A DNA stretch of 32,000 nucleotides from Desulfonatronospira thiodismutans ASO3-1 (GCF_000174435.1 NZ_ACJN02000002.1:779490-811489), one strand, 5' to 3'; shown: positions 9,602 to 17,334, counted from the stretch's first letter. A program made the numbers and translations. The notes: generated by a model from the letters alone, not told the origin.

Positions 9602-11601
9602 CTGGATGGCGGGAGCATATCCTTGCTGATTTCAGCCCGGGAACAGTCGGATTAACCCTGGTTGCGGACCCTGATGGCCTGCTGCTGGAAGCAGGTATGC
9701 TGGAGAGGATTCAAGAGAGAGGATTTGCTCTGATTCCCTTTGAAAGCCATGTCGAGTTTCGCTTTGCCTTTGAATCCAGTTTCAGATCAAAGTGGGATGA
9801 GAACCTGGAGAAAGAACAGGCTGTGGTGGTGCATGTAACTCAGGATGATCTCCAGACTCTGCCTTATGACCTTTTACAGGCCGGACGCAGGCTGCATTTT
9901 TCTCTGGCAGGGATTTTCCCCAATTTCAGCTATCCGGTGCTGGCAGCTTTGGATAAGTCTGATTTGGATGCCTTGTATCTGGCCCAGAAGGATCTGGCCT
10001 CTGAAAGGCTTGGGGACAGAAGCAGTAAAGATTTTATTCTGCGTCATGTCTACTCCATTGCCCCGGAACTACTGAAGCATACTGCTGATCTTCTGCGCAT
10101 GCTGTTACGGATGCATTACAGGCAAATTCACCTGCCATCCCTGTTCCAGGAGCACCTGATCCAGGAGATTGAAAAAAACGGACGTTTTTCTGATTGGCCC
10201 CTGGGAACAATAGTCCCTGATAGAGAGGCATTTTTGGCCTTTTTGCAGGAGCGCTGGGAGTATTTTATCCAGCAAAAATCATCGCAACAGATTGCGTCTC
10301 TTCAGGAAAACAGGGGAGTCTTCAATCCAGTCTATCCCGGCCCTGTTGATCTGCCGTTTGAACATCACGACGTCCGTGTCTATCTGGACACACTTTTTTT
10401 GGATGGACTGCTGGAGCCTGTAGATCATCCCCAGAGTCAGGCCTTGAGCGAAACCTGGGTCAGTCTGGGGGTGCGCATTGATCCAGAGGCGGATCGCATA
10501 AAAAGACTGGAAAAGCTGTATTCCTCCCTGCGGGATGACCTACCCGGTCAGCAGGCCCGGCACGGGAAGTGGCTGACTTTTGCCAGAAGCTGGGCTGAGC
10601 TTCTGGCCTTGTGGCTGCAAACCGATAAGGAGCCGGTCCCCGGTATTGAAGACAAGATCCGGGCTGTTCAATTGGAGCTGGATAATACTCTTGCTGTCTG
10701 GGCGGAAAATAAGCTTGGCGGGCTGATCAACCTGCCCCCCGTACCCCCGGTTATGCTGCATCATATCCCGCGCTTCCTGGCCCGCAGTCTGGAGCAGACC
10801 CAGGGTGGCAAAGTAGCTCTGGTAGTCCTGGACGGACTTTCTTTTGATCAATGGGTGACCATGCGCAAGGTGCTTGCTTTGAACACAGATTTTCTTTTTC
10901 GAGAAAATGCGGTTTTTGCCTGGCTGCCCACAACCACCTCCATTTCCAGGCAGGCCCTGTTTGCGGGACGTCCTCCTGTGTTTTTTCCGGACAGCATTCA
11001 TACCACTGGTAAAGAAGCGTATCTCTGGCGTCAGTTCTGGGCTGATCATGGTATCAAAGAACAGGAAACAGTCTACGCCAGGGGGCTGGGTGATGATATC
11101 ACTGATGAACTGCACCATCAGCTCGTCAGCCCGCAGACCAGGGTGGCCGGTCTGGTGGTGGATAAGGTGGACAGGATAATGCATGGAATGGAGCTTGGAT
11201 TGTCAGGTATGCATAATCAGATCAGGCAGTGGGCCGGGCAGCCTTTTCTGGGTTATCTGCTGGATGTGCTTTTGCAGGCCGGATACCAGGTGTTTTTGAC
11301 CTCTGATCACGGAAATATCCAGGCTGCAGGATGCGGACGTCCAGCAGAAGGAGCCCTGGCCGCTAGCAGGGGGGAAAGGGTCCGCATATTTCGTGATCCA
11401 GCATTGCGGGAAAGAGTTGCATCCAGCTTCCCCGAGGCCATCGCATGGTCCGGCTCCGGTCTGCCAGAGGATGTTTTTCCTTTGATAGCCCCCCACAGGC
11501 AGGCTTTCGTTTCAAACACCAGGCAGCTGGTTTGTCATGGAGGAATTAGCCTTGAAGAACTGGTTGTGCCTTTGGTGCAGATTGAGAGGAAGCAGACGTG
11601 A
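9598..11601 (+). CDS. pglZ: PglZ-domain alkaline-phosphatase-superfamily protein (BREX PglZ)
   Basis: A 667-aa ORF with PglZ-type motifs VALVVLDGLSFDQW, TTTSISRQALFAG and FLTSDHGN. Its start overlaps the helicase stop. Confidence 0.85.
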   Translation: MTGWREHILADFSPGTVGLTLVADPDGLLLEAGMLERIQERGFALIPFESHVEFRFAFESSFRSKWDENLEKEQAVVVHVTQDDLQTLPYDLLQAGRRLHFSLAGIFPNFSYPVLAALDKSDLDALYLAQKDLASERLGDRSSKDFILRHVYSIAPELLKHTADLLRMLLRMHYRQIHLPSLFQEHLIQEIEKNGRFSDWPLGTIVPDREAFLAFLQERWEYFIQQKSSQQIASLQENRGVFNPVYPGPVDLPFEHHDVRVYLDTLFLDGLLEPVDHPQSQALSETWVSLGVRIDPEADRIKRLEKLYSSLRDDLPGQQARHGKWLTFARSWAELLALWLQTDKEPVPGIEDKIRAVQLELDNTLAVWAENKLGGLINLPPVPPVMLHHIPRFLARSLEQTQGGKVALVVLDGLSFDQWVTMRKVLALNTDFLFRENAVFAWLPTTTSISRQALFAGRPPVFFPDSIHTTGKEAYLWRQFWADHGIKEQETVYARGLGDDITDELHHQLVSPQTRVAGLVVDKVDRIMHGMELGLSGMHNQIRQWAGQPFLGYLLDVLLQAGYQVFLTSDHGNIQAAGCGRPAEGALAASRGERVRIFRDPALRERVASSFPEAIAWSGSGLPEDVFPLIAPHRQAFVSNTRQLVCHGGISLEELVVPLVQIERKQT

Positions 11602-12338
11602 CAGCAGATAAATTTCAAATAGGCTGGAGCCAGCGCATCCGTCTGGAGTGGCTGGAACGTACAGCAAATTTGGTTTTGGCGGGCAATGACAAAGACACTG
11701 TTTTTGCCTCTCTGCAGCAGGATTTACAAGATCAGCTCTCCATCGGCGGAACTGCTAAACGGGGCAACAGGGAAAAAGTTATTACCATCTTAATGAAGCT
11801 GTGGTCCGTTCCTCCCAGGCATTTGCAGGATTTTCGCAACCGAGGGCTTAATCTGCTGCAGGTTCTTCCGGTAAAGCAACATCTTCTGGTTCATTGGGGC
11901 ATGGCCACGGCTGTATATCCATTCTGGGCCGGTGTAGCAGAGCAGACAGGCAGACTTTTGCGTCTGCAGGGTCATGTTGCCGCTGCCCAGGTTCAACGAC
12001 GCATCAGGGAACGCTATGGTGAGCGGGAGACCGTTTCCAGAGCAGCCAGGCGGGTGTTGCGTTCTTTTATGGACTGGGGGGTGCTTGAGGATTCTGGCAA
12101 GAAAGGAGTATATGTACAAGGGCGGAATTTGCCTGTGGATACTTCCGAATCCATGGGCTGGCTGATAGAGGCCTTGCTGCGGGCAGGCTCCAGGGACTCG
12201 GCATCTCTGCACAGCCTTATGCATAGTCCCAGCCTGTTTCCTTTTTCATTTTCCGGGAGCGTTTCCTTGAATACATATTCCGGTCTTGAGTTTATGCGCT
12301 TTGGTATGGATGAGGATATGGTAATGCTGAGCAAGTGA
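11598..12338 (+). CDS. hypothetical protein translationally coupled to pglZ (occupies the position of brxA in type-3 BREX; family not recognised)
   Basis: A 246-aa ORF with a GTG start overlapping the pglZ stop (GTGA) and a GAGAGGA RBS 7 nt upstream. It has no motifs I can assign. Confidence 0.6.
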   Translation: MTADKFQIGWSQRIRLEWLERTANLVLAGNDKDTVFASLQQDLQDQLSIGGTAKRGNREKVITILMKLWSVPPRHLQDFRNRGLNLLQVLPVKQHLLVHWGMATAVYPFWAGVAEQTGRLLRLQGHVAAAQVQRRIRERYGERETVSRAARRVLRSFMDWGVLEDSGKKGVYVQGRNLPVDTSESMGWLIEALLRAGSRDSASLHSLMHSPSLFPFSFSGSVSLNTYSGLEFMRFGMDEDMVMLSK

Positions 12339-12365
12339 GAATTTATCAGGGCATGTGTTGTTCTG

Positions 12366-12470
12366 TTGTTCGGGTTGTTGTTCGGGTCGGACCCAGCCAA
12401 TATATTGAAAATATTCGATAAGAACTCGTTCTTTGCTTGATTTTGAGTCCTAGAACAGCCATTTTGATAT
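12366..12470 (+). repeat. interspersed ~155-bp repeat family, copy A (left ~105 bp only)
   Basis: GTTGTTCGGGTCGGACCCAGCCAATATATTGAAAATATT...CTCGTTCTTTGCTTGATTTTGAGTCCTAGAACAGCCATTTTGAT aligns with copies B-D. It begins ~30 bp after the stop of the pglZ-coupled gene, and the short unit GTTGTTCGGG is duplicated. Confidence 0.85.
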
Positions 12471-12836
12471 ATTTTCTTTCATTTGGGTGCTTTCTTGTAG
12501 GAGTACTTTTGAGGGGATGAGTTCTGGCCATGGTGGTGGTCAGGGGCTTGGTTGTGCACTTGGTGCCTTTCGGGCCTTGCGAGTACTGGACGATCCAGGG
12601 TCTGCCGGTACGGGGATAGGTTCCTGCTTGGATTGTGTCAGTTCATGGGCATGATTGACTTTTTAGTGGGGACAAGGCATGGAATAAAGAAAGCATCTTT
12701 ATCAGAGTTTTTGGTTGGAGGTGTTCCTTGAGTGGACGGCAGGCCTGGCTCACCTCGTCTCATGGCAGGGGGCTCTGGTTGAGATTTAAATATAATGTAT
12801 ATTATATTTTTTGAGTGATAGAGGGAAATTTTGTAA

Positions 12837-13073
12837 TTGAAGACAACGAAATACTTTAAGGCGACCCGAATCAGGCCGGATCGAAAAATCATCAAGGACG
12901 AATGGATTCAGTATGTTGTCCAACATCCTGAGAGAGAACAAATACAGACGGATGGCCGAATAAAGCGATGGGCCAGAATAGAGGAAATGGAAGGCCGATA
13001 CCTTCGGGTAATTTTACTCGCGGATGGTGAAACTATCCACAATGTATTTTTTGATAGAGGATTCAAACCGTGA
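12837..13073 (+). CDS. small toxin-like protein (DUF4258-type partner of DUF2283, from memory)
   Basis: A 78-aa ORF with a TTG start and a GAGGGAAA RBS. The C-terminal GRYLRVILLADGETIHNVFFDRGF pattern and the 4-nt overlap (GTGA) with the downstream DUF2283-like gene indicate a two-gene module. Confidence 0.55.
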   Translation: MKTTKYFKATRIRPDRKIIKDEWIQYVVQHPEREQIQTDGRIKRWARIEEMEGRYLRVILLADGETIHNVFFDRGFKP

Positions 13074-13267
13074 AAGTTAGCTATTTTGATGATACTGATA
13101 CACTATACATCGAGTTCCGTGATAGTGATATAGCGGAGACCAAAGATCTGGATGAAAATACCATTCTTGATGTTGATGCGGAGGGCAACGTCTGCGCAAT
13201 CACATTCGAACATGCAAGCGAACGTACTGACGTGAGTCACCTCATCGTGGAGGGCATTGCGGCATAA
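13070..13267 (+). CDS. DUF2283-family small protein (putative antitoxin partner)
   Basis: A 65-aa ORF reading MKVSYFDDTDTLYIEFRDSDIAETKDLDENTILDVDAEGNVCAITFEHAS. This matches the remembered DUF2283 pattern (YD.e.D.LYI ... lD.d..G.i.gIei). Confidence 0.65.
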   Translation: MKVSYFDDTDTLYIEFRDSDIAETKDLDENTILDVDAEGNVCAITFEHASERTDVSHLIVEGIAA

Positions 13268-13281
13268 TCAGCCCATCAAAG

Positions 13282-13434
13282 GTTTGTTCGGGTCGGACCC
13301 AGCCAGTATATTGAAAATATTTTAGAAGAGCTCGTTTTTTGATTGATTTTGAGTCTTAGAACCGCCATTTTGATGTGGAAAAAGTAGTTCTAAACTTCTA
13401 TTCTCCGAGGCGACAACTATCCTGCCACATGGGG
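13282..13434 (+). repeat. interspersed ~155-bp repeat family, copy B (full length)
   Basis: The conserved blocks are TTCGGGTCGGACCC.GCCA.TATATTGAAAATATT, GCTCGTTTTTTG.TTGATTTTGAGTCTTAGAACCGCCATTTTGAT and GTAGTTCTAAACTTCTATTCTCCGAGGCGACA.CTATCCTG.CACATGGGG. Confidence 0.9.
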
Positions 13435-13749
13435 TTTGTGGTCATCTTTCGCATCCCAGAGGAGAAGTGGCTGACCCCGCAAGATACCCCGCAAGCCACC
13501 CCGCAAGATGCCCCGCAAGTCGAACAGCTTCTCGAAATCTGTATCCAGCCATTATCCCGGCAAGAGATGCAAGATAGGTTAGGACTCAAGGACCGTGAAC
13601 ACTTTCGGAAATACTATTTAAAGCCAGCACTTGATGCGGGGTTGATTGAGCAAACAATCCCCCAAACGCCTAAGAGCAAGTTTCAAAAATACAGATTGGC
13701 CCAGGCCGGACGCAACTATCTTCAAAACATGAAAAAGGGCAAAAAATGA
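13435..13749 (+). pseudogene. C-terminal winged-helix fragment of a larger regulator/ATPase gene (RecG-like/AlbA_2- or Fic-associated type), 5'-truncated at repeat copy B
   Basis: The sequence TPQDTPQATPQDAPQVEQLLEICIQPLSRQEMQDRLGLKDREHFRKYYLKPALDAGLIEQTIPQTPKSKFQKYRLAQAG matches the remembered C-terminal tail of that family, including a 4 x 12-bp CCCCGCAAG codon repeat at 13474-13521. The first ~20 codons of track ORF 13375-13749 are encoded by the repeat itself. Confidence 0.55.
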
Positions 13750-13829
13750 TGTCTGCCCCGACGATGATATTGGCACAGAGGGCTGCAAAAAACTGGGTAT
13801 GAATAGTTCAGCAATAACCCAGATTCACA

Positions 13830-13989
13830 GTTTGTTCATTTGCTCGGGTCGGACCCTGCCAATATATTGAAAGTATTTGATAAAAGCTTGTTTTCACTTG
13901 TTTTTGAGTCTTAAAACCGACATTTTGATGTGGAAAAAGTAGTTCTAAACTTCTATTCTCCGAGGCGACATCTATCCTGACACATGGGG
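13830..13989 (+). repeat. interspersed ~155-bp repeat family, copy C (full length)
   Basis: Aligns with B and D along its whole length and ends ...GAGGCGACATCTATCCTGACACATGGGG at 13989, 40 bp upstream of the next start codon. Confidence 0.9.
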
Positions 13990-14029
13990 TTACAACGGCT
14001 TTGTAAAAATAGAAAAATAAGGAGAGAGC

Positions 14030-14926
14030 ATGAAGATTGGTAGCTTGGAGATTGATTCGAGGTATCTGATTATAGCTGGGGTGATCTTGCTTCTGGTTGT
14101 GATTTTCGGGGTGAGACAGCATGCAAACAGACAGGCGCAGGAAGTGGCCGACGGGATTATTTCTGAAGTTTCAGATTATGTGAAGGTAGAGTATAATTCT
14201 GTAAGAGGGGAGATTTTGGGCAGTGCTATTGTTCTTAACGGGGTGACTGTCGCGCCAAAAAGCGATCCGGAACAGAAGTCTGAAATTGACAGGGTGCAAA
14301 TCCAGGCCAGGGATTTCAGTGATAATGGTGTACCATATACTATGAATGCATCGATTGAGGGTCTTGCTATATACATAGACGACATGAAACCGGATGATGC
14401 CAGAACCATGCGTGATCTTGGCTATGAAGAAGTTATGCGGGGCAATCTCCAGTTCGGATACAAATACGATTTGGATGAAAGCCATCTGTCCCTGCATGAT
14501 ATAGGTATTGGTATAGATGATATGGGGAGTATATCTTTTGATCTTGATCTTGGTAATATCACTCCTGACAAACGAGATCTGATGAACCTGCTTTTTACTC
14601 ACCAGGAGATATTGGTGGGTGATTTTCGGCTGCATTATAACGATGACTCTTTTATACCCAGGATAATTCAATATGTTGCAGATGATACTGGCATGAGCGA
14701 GGATGAAGTACTTGAAATGGTTATAGCAAAAGTTGAGCAGGACATCCGGGTTGCAGATACAAATTTTGCCAGAGAGTCCCTGAAAAACTTGAAAAGCTTT
14801 CTTGAGAACCAGGATTCCCTATCCATCACGGCCAGGCCAGAAGAGCCGCGTCCTTTGGGAAGGCTTATGCAAATTCAGAACACAGACGATATTATAGAAT
14901 ATATGAACATAAGTATTGAAAATTAA
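14030..14926 (+). CDS. hypothetical membrane-anchored protein, family not recognised
   Basis: A 298-aa ORF with a strong RBS (AAGGAGAGAGC-ATG). It has a single N-terminal hydrophobic helix (YLIIAGVILLLVVIFGV) and an acidic soluble domain, and its codon usage is AT-rich relative to the flanks. Confidence 0.7.
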   Translation: MKIGSLEIDSRYLIIAGVILLLVVIFGVRQHANRQAQEVADGIISEVSDYVKVEYNSVRGEILGSAIVLNGVTVAPKSDPEQKSEIDRVQIQARDFSDNGVPYTMNASIEGLAIYIDDMKPDDARTMRDLGYEEVMRGNLQFGYKYDLDESHLSLHDIGIGIDDMGSISFDLDLGNITPDKRDLMNLLFTHQEILVGDFRLHYNDDSFIPRIIQYVADDTGMSEDEVLEMVIAKVEQDIRVADTNFARESLKNLKSFLENQDSLSITARPEEPRPLGRLMQIQNTDDIIEYMNISIEN

Positions 14927-15015
14927 ATCAGTCTTGTTCGGATAGCTGAAAGAAGCTGAGATCGCCCCGACCAAAGGGAAGGCAAAATCCGACTCACAGT
15001 GAGGTTGCTGGTAAC

Positions 15016-15170
15016 GGTTCTTTATTCGGGTCGGACCCGGCCAATATGTCGAAAATATTTGAGAAAAGCTCGTTTTTTGCTTGATTTTAAGTCTTAGAAC
15101 CGCCATTTTGATATTGAAAATGTAGTTCCAAAGTTCTATTCTCCGAGGCGACATCTATCCTGACACATGG
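15016..15170 (+). repeat. interspersed ~155-bp repeat family, copy D (full length)
   Basis: Aligns with B and C and ends ...GAGGCGACATCTATCCTGACACATGG at 15170. Confidence 0.9.
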
Positions 15171-15185
15171 AAAATAAGGTAACAG

Positions 15186-15244
15186 GTAACCATTCAAGGG
15201 GTGCCAGCAATCGCCACCGGGAATAGGCCTGAGGCGTACTCCCC
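15186..15244 (+). repeat. half copy (one arm) of the GTAACCATTCAGGGG-type MITE
   Basis: GTAACCATTCAAGGGGTGCCAGCAATCGCC...GGCCTGAGGCGTACTCCCC resembles the arms of the complete element at 26845-27020. Confidence 0.6.
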
Positions 15245-15738
15245 AGCCGTGAGCGGCAGAGCCGCCCGCCTGTCCCGTGAAACAAACGTAGTTTCAGCGT
15301 AGCTGGTTTCACTGGGATGTGCAACGAAGTTGCCCGTGCCAAAAAAATCTTCTCTGGCACGGGAAGCCTTCAGGCTTCACACCCGACTAAAATACGCTTT
15401 GCTGTCCTGCGGAATTTTAGCGGGCAGGCAGGTGCTCCGCATACACGGTTTTGAAGAATAAAGATCCCCAGAAGCATGCCCCGCCCATATCTTTAAACAC
15501 AGTCTTGAGGTATTCATTAGAGTTTCTTCAGGCCTTGTGTGCGCAGGTAGCAAATAGTTTAAAGGATATGTGCGGGGGCATTGCCCACATGGCAGACAGG
15601 CAAATTGGCATATCTCCCCCCTGAAGAGTTACAAAATAAGGAAACTCTCACATTTTAAGCCCAGTTTTTTTAGGTATCCATCAAGAGAAAGACTATTATG
15701 CAATCAAAACCTTGCCCTGATAATTTATCGAGGTTCAT

Positions 15739-15951
15739 ATGGTCACAAAAGAAATAAAAGAAAAAATTCTGGCACTCAATGAAGTTGAGTGACTGCATTT
15801 AGCCGAGTTTATATTTGACAGCCTGGACAAACCCGACCCCGAAGTAGAACAAAAATGGATTGAAGAGTCGCAGCGGCGTTATCAAGCCTATAAAGAAGGC
15901 AGGATACAACCTGTAAGTATGAACGAAATCAGGCAAAGATATAAAAAATGA
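15739..15951 (+). pseudogene. addiction-module antitoxin gene (small helical antitoxin type) with in-frame TGA at 15790-15792
   Basis: It reads MVTKEIKEKILALNEVE, a stop, then LHLAEFIFDSLDKPDPEVEQKWIEESQRRYQAYKEGRIQPVSMNEIRQRYKK. The stop sits where this family usually has Arg (..ER..LA..), and the ATGA overlap with the next ORF is typical of TA pairs. Confidence 0.6.
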
Positions 15952-16010
15952 ACATTCATCTTTTGCCGCCGGCTGATATTGAGCTTGATGGTGCTATTTT
16001 AATATATGTT
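15948..16010 (+). pseudogene. N-terminal fragment of a ParE/RelE-type toxin gene, truncated
   Basis: MNIHLLPPADIELDGAILIY resembles the start of plasmid-stabilisation (ParE-like) toxins. Homology stops near 16010, where an IS-end-like motif begins; the ORF then runs into unrelated sequence to a stop at 16043. Confidence 0.45.
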
Positions 16011-16026
16011 TTTTTGCAGGTGCGTT
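16011..16026 (+). repeat. short motif resembling the right terminal IR of the IS1182-like element, at the truncation point of the second methylase remnant
   Basis: TTTTTGCAGGTGCGTT resembles IRR TTTTTGCAGACGCATC (5576-5591) and TTTTTGCAGGTGCATC (20961-20976). The match is short and imperfect. Confidence 0.4.
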
Positions 16027-16724
16027 ATGTATTTTCTGCCTGAGCAGGCTGCTGAATACGACCGGAAACGCAGGACAGTAAAAAAATTCCGAGAGCTGAC
16101 GCTCATGGTCATTGACGAGGCTTCGGCCATTCAATGGCTCAAGCAGCAGCTTTCCAGAAAGCCCCAGACCTTTCAGGAGTTGCATCCCCAATTCATGAAG
16201 GAAATCGGAGGCTGGCAAAAGCATGAGAAGACGCTGGAACTGTCTGATCTGCTGGAGCAGAATTTTCTGATATATAATGAGTTAGCCCCATACCGGCCCA
16301 GATTGTCTCCTGGATGAAGCAAAGCGAGGAGATGCGAAGCATCATTGCTGAAGAAACTGAAGCCGGCCGCTTGCGGGAAGACCAGGGTGCCTTGCATATA
16401 GAGCAAACCAGCACGCAAATTTCCAAATTCAACAGCCGGGCCAGATTCCGGTGGTATGTACCAAATCCCCATAGGGCTGCGGACCTGGAAAAACTCCGGG
16501 AAAAATCGCTGCTCAAGGAGTTCGAAGAATACAAGCAATTCAAGGGCCGGAAGATGAAGCAGTTTAGACTTGAGGCAGTCCGGGCCGGATTCAAAAAGGC
16601 CTGGCAGGACCGGGATTACCAGACCATCATCAATATCGCCGAAAAGATCCCGGAAAAGGTCCTCCAGGAAGACCCAAAACTGCTCATGCGGTATGATCAG
16701 GCGGTGACCAGGGTGGGGGGATAA
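16027..16724 (+). pseudogene. second paralogous copy of the methyltransferase 3' remnant, more truncated and frameshifted
   Basis: 16027-16717 aligns colinearly with 5787-6478 at high identity by eye. A 1-bp deletion near 16285 (AATGAGTTAGCCCC versus AGTGAGGGCAGCCCC) splits it into track ORFs 16006-16317 and 16314-16724. Confidence 0.8.
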
Positions 16725-16800
16725 AAATTTTTTCCTGATACATACAGAAGCGTTAACATTTCGTGATTTCAAGGTAAGAAAAAAAAAAAAGGAGGAGACT

Positions 16801-17322
16801 ATGAGGCTTGGAAGCTATGTGGCTTCAGCTGTCAGCGAGCTGAATAAGAACGATATTTTTGCAGGGAAAACCAATATTCAGAAGGTGGTTTATTTTGCAC
16901 TTCCAGCTGAGCTAAGAAAAGAATTCTACAGACCTTATCATTATGGCCCTTACTGTGCTGAAGTGCAGCAGGCTGTGAGTGCCCTGCTTAAAAGAGAAAT
17001 ATTAAGTAAGTCCGGCAAAGGATTTTCCCTAGCTGATAATCGAACTCTTAACCAGGAAACAGATCCGGTGATTGATCGAATTAAAGTTACAATTGACTTT
17101 TTTTATAAAAATAGCCTTACAGGGGCAGACGATATTGCCACATTGGCCAAAGCACATCTTTTATCCCGCTCAGAGCGGGAAGATGCCAAACAGAACCCTG
17201 TTGCTTATATCCAATCTCAGGCCAAGTTTTTGGGCTGGAAGGAATTGTCTGGCGAAGATCCTGAAAAGATACAAGCTTATTTACACCTGGCGAACAATTT
17301 GGACAAGGCTTTGGAAGTGTAA
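16801..17322 (+). CDS. hypothetical protein related to the C-terminal domain of DarG (SocA/Panacea-like antitoxin-type domain, tentative)
   Basis: A 173-aa ORF with a strong AGGAGG RBS. Its motif TNIQKVVYFALPAELRKEFYRPYHYGPYCAEVQQAVSALL parallels the DarG C-domain in this same window (LEIQKLAYLLQESGLNLRLSYVRHYYGPYAHNLNKVLEIL). Confidence 0.6.
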   Translation: MRLGSYVASAVSELNKNDIFAGKTNIQKVVYFALPAELRKEFYRPYHYGPYCAEVQQAVSALLKREILSKSGKGFSLADNRTLNQETDPVIDRIKVTIDFFYKNSLTGADDIATLAKAHLLSRSEREDAKQNPVAYIQSQAKFLGWKELSGEDPEKIQAYLHLANNLDKALEV

Positions 17323-17334
17323 GGCGAGAGAAGC

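Noticed and set aside
12518-12658. 46-codon Gly-rich ORF (MSSGHGGGQGLGCALGAF...) between repeat copy A and the DUF4258-type gene
   Set aside because: It has no RBS and is very short with low-complexity content. I cannot support it as a gene from sequence alone.
12346-15154. A conserved minus-strand peptide (..KMAVLRLKIKQKTSFSQIFSTYWPGPTR..) encoded within the repeat copies
   Set aside because: Conservation is explained by nucleotide identity. Copy C has an in-frame stop or indel. There is no RBS, and the sequence beyond the repeat differs completely in each copy.
12366-15170. The ~155-bp repeats as integron attC sites, giving a chromosomal integron cassette array
   Set aside because: The copies lack the defining attC architecture. 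I could find no RYYYAAC...GTTRRRY terminal inverted cores. Here the ends are the variable part and the centre is conserved, which is the opposite of attC. No intI or attI is present in the window. The cassette-like layout is still reported as a finding.
12366-15170. The same repeats as a CRISPR array or a DGR template/variable repeat pair
   Set aside because: The repeat units are far too long, and the so-called spacers are whole genes of very different lengths. Mismatches between copies are not adenine-specific, and there is no reverse transcriptase or cas gene.
15340-15356. TGGCACGGGAAGCC as a sigma54 promoter
   Set aside because: The downstream element is GCC rather than TTGC(A/T). The TGGCACGGG is one arm of a 9-bp-stem hairpin, and no gene follows within a sensible distance.
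15790-15792. The in-frame TGA in the small antitoxin as a selenocysteine codon
   Set aside because: The position normally holds Arg in this family, no SECIS-like hairpin follows immediately, and a selenoprotein antitoxin is implausible. A CGA to TGA nonsense mutation is the simpler reading.
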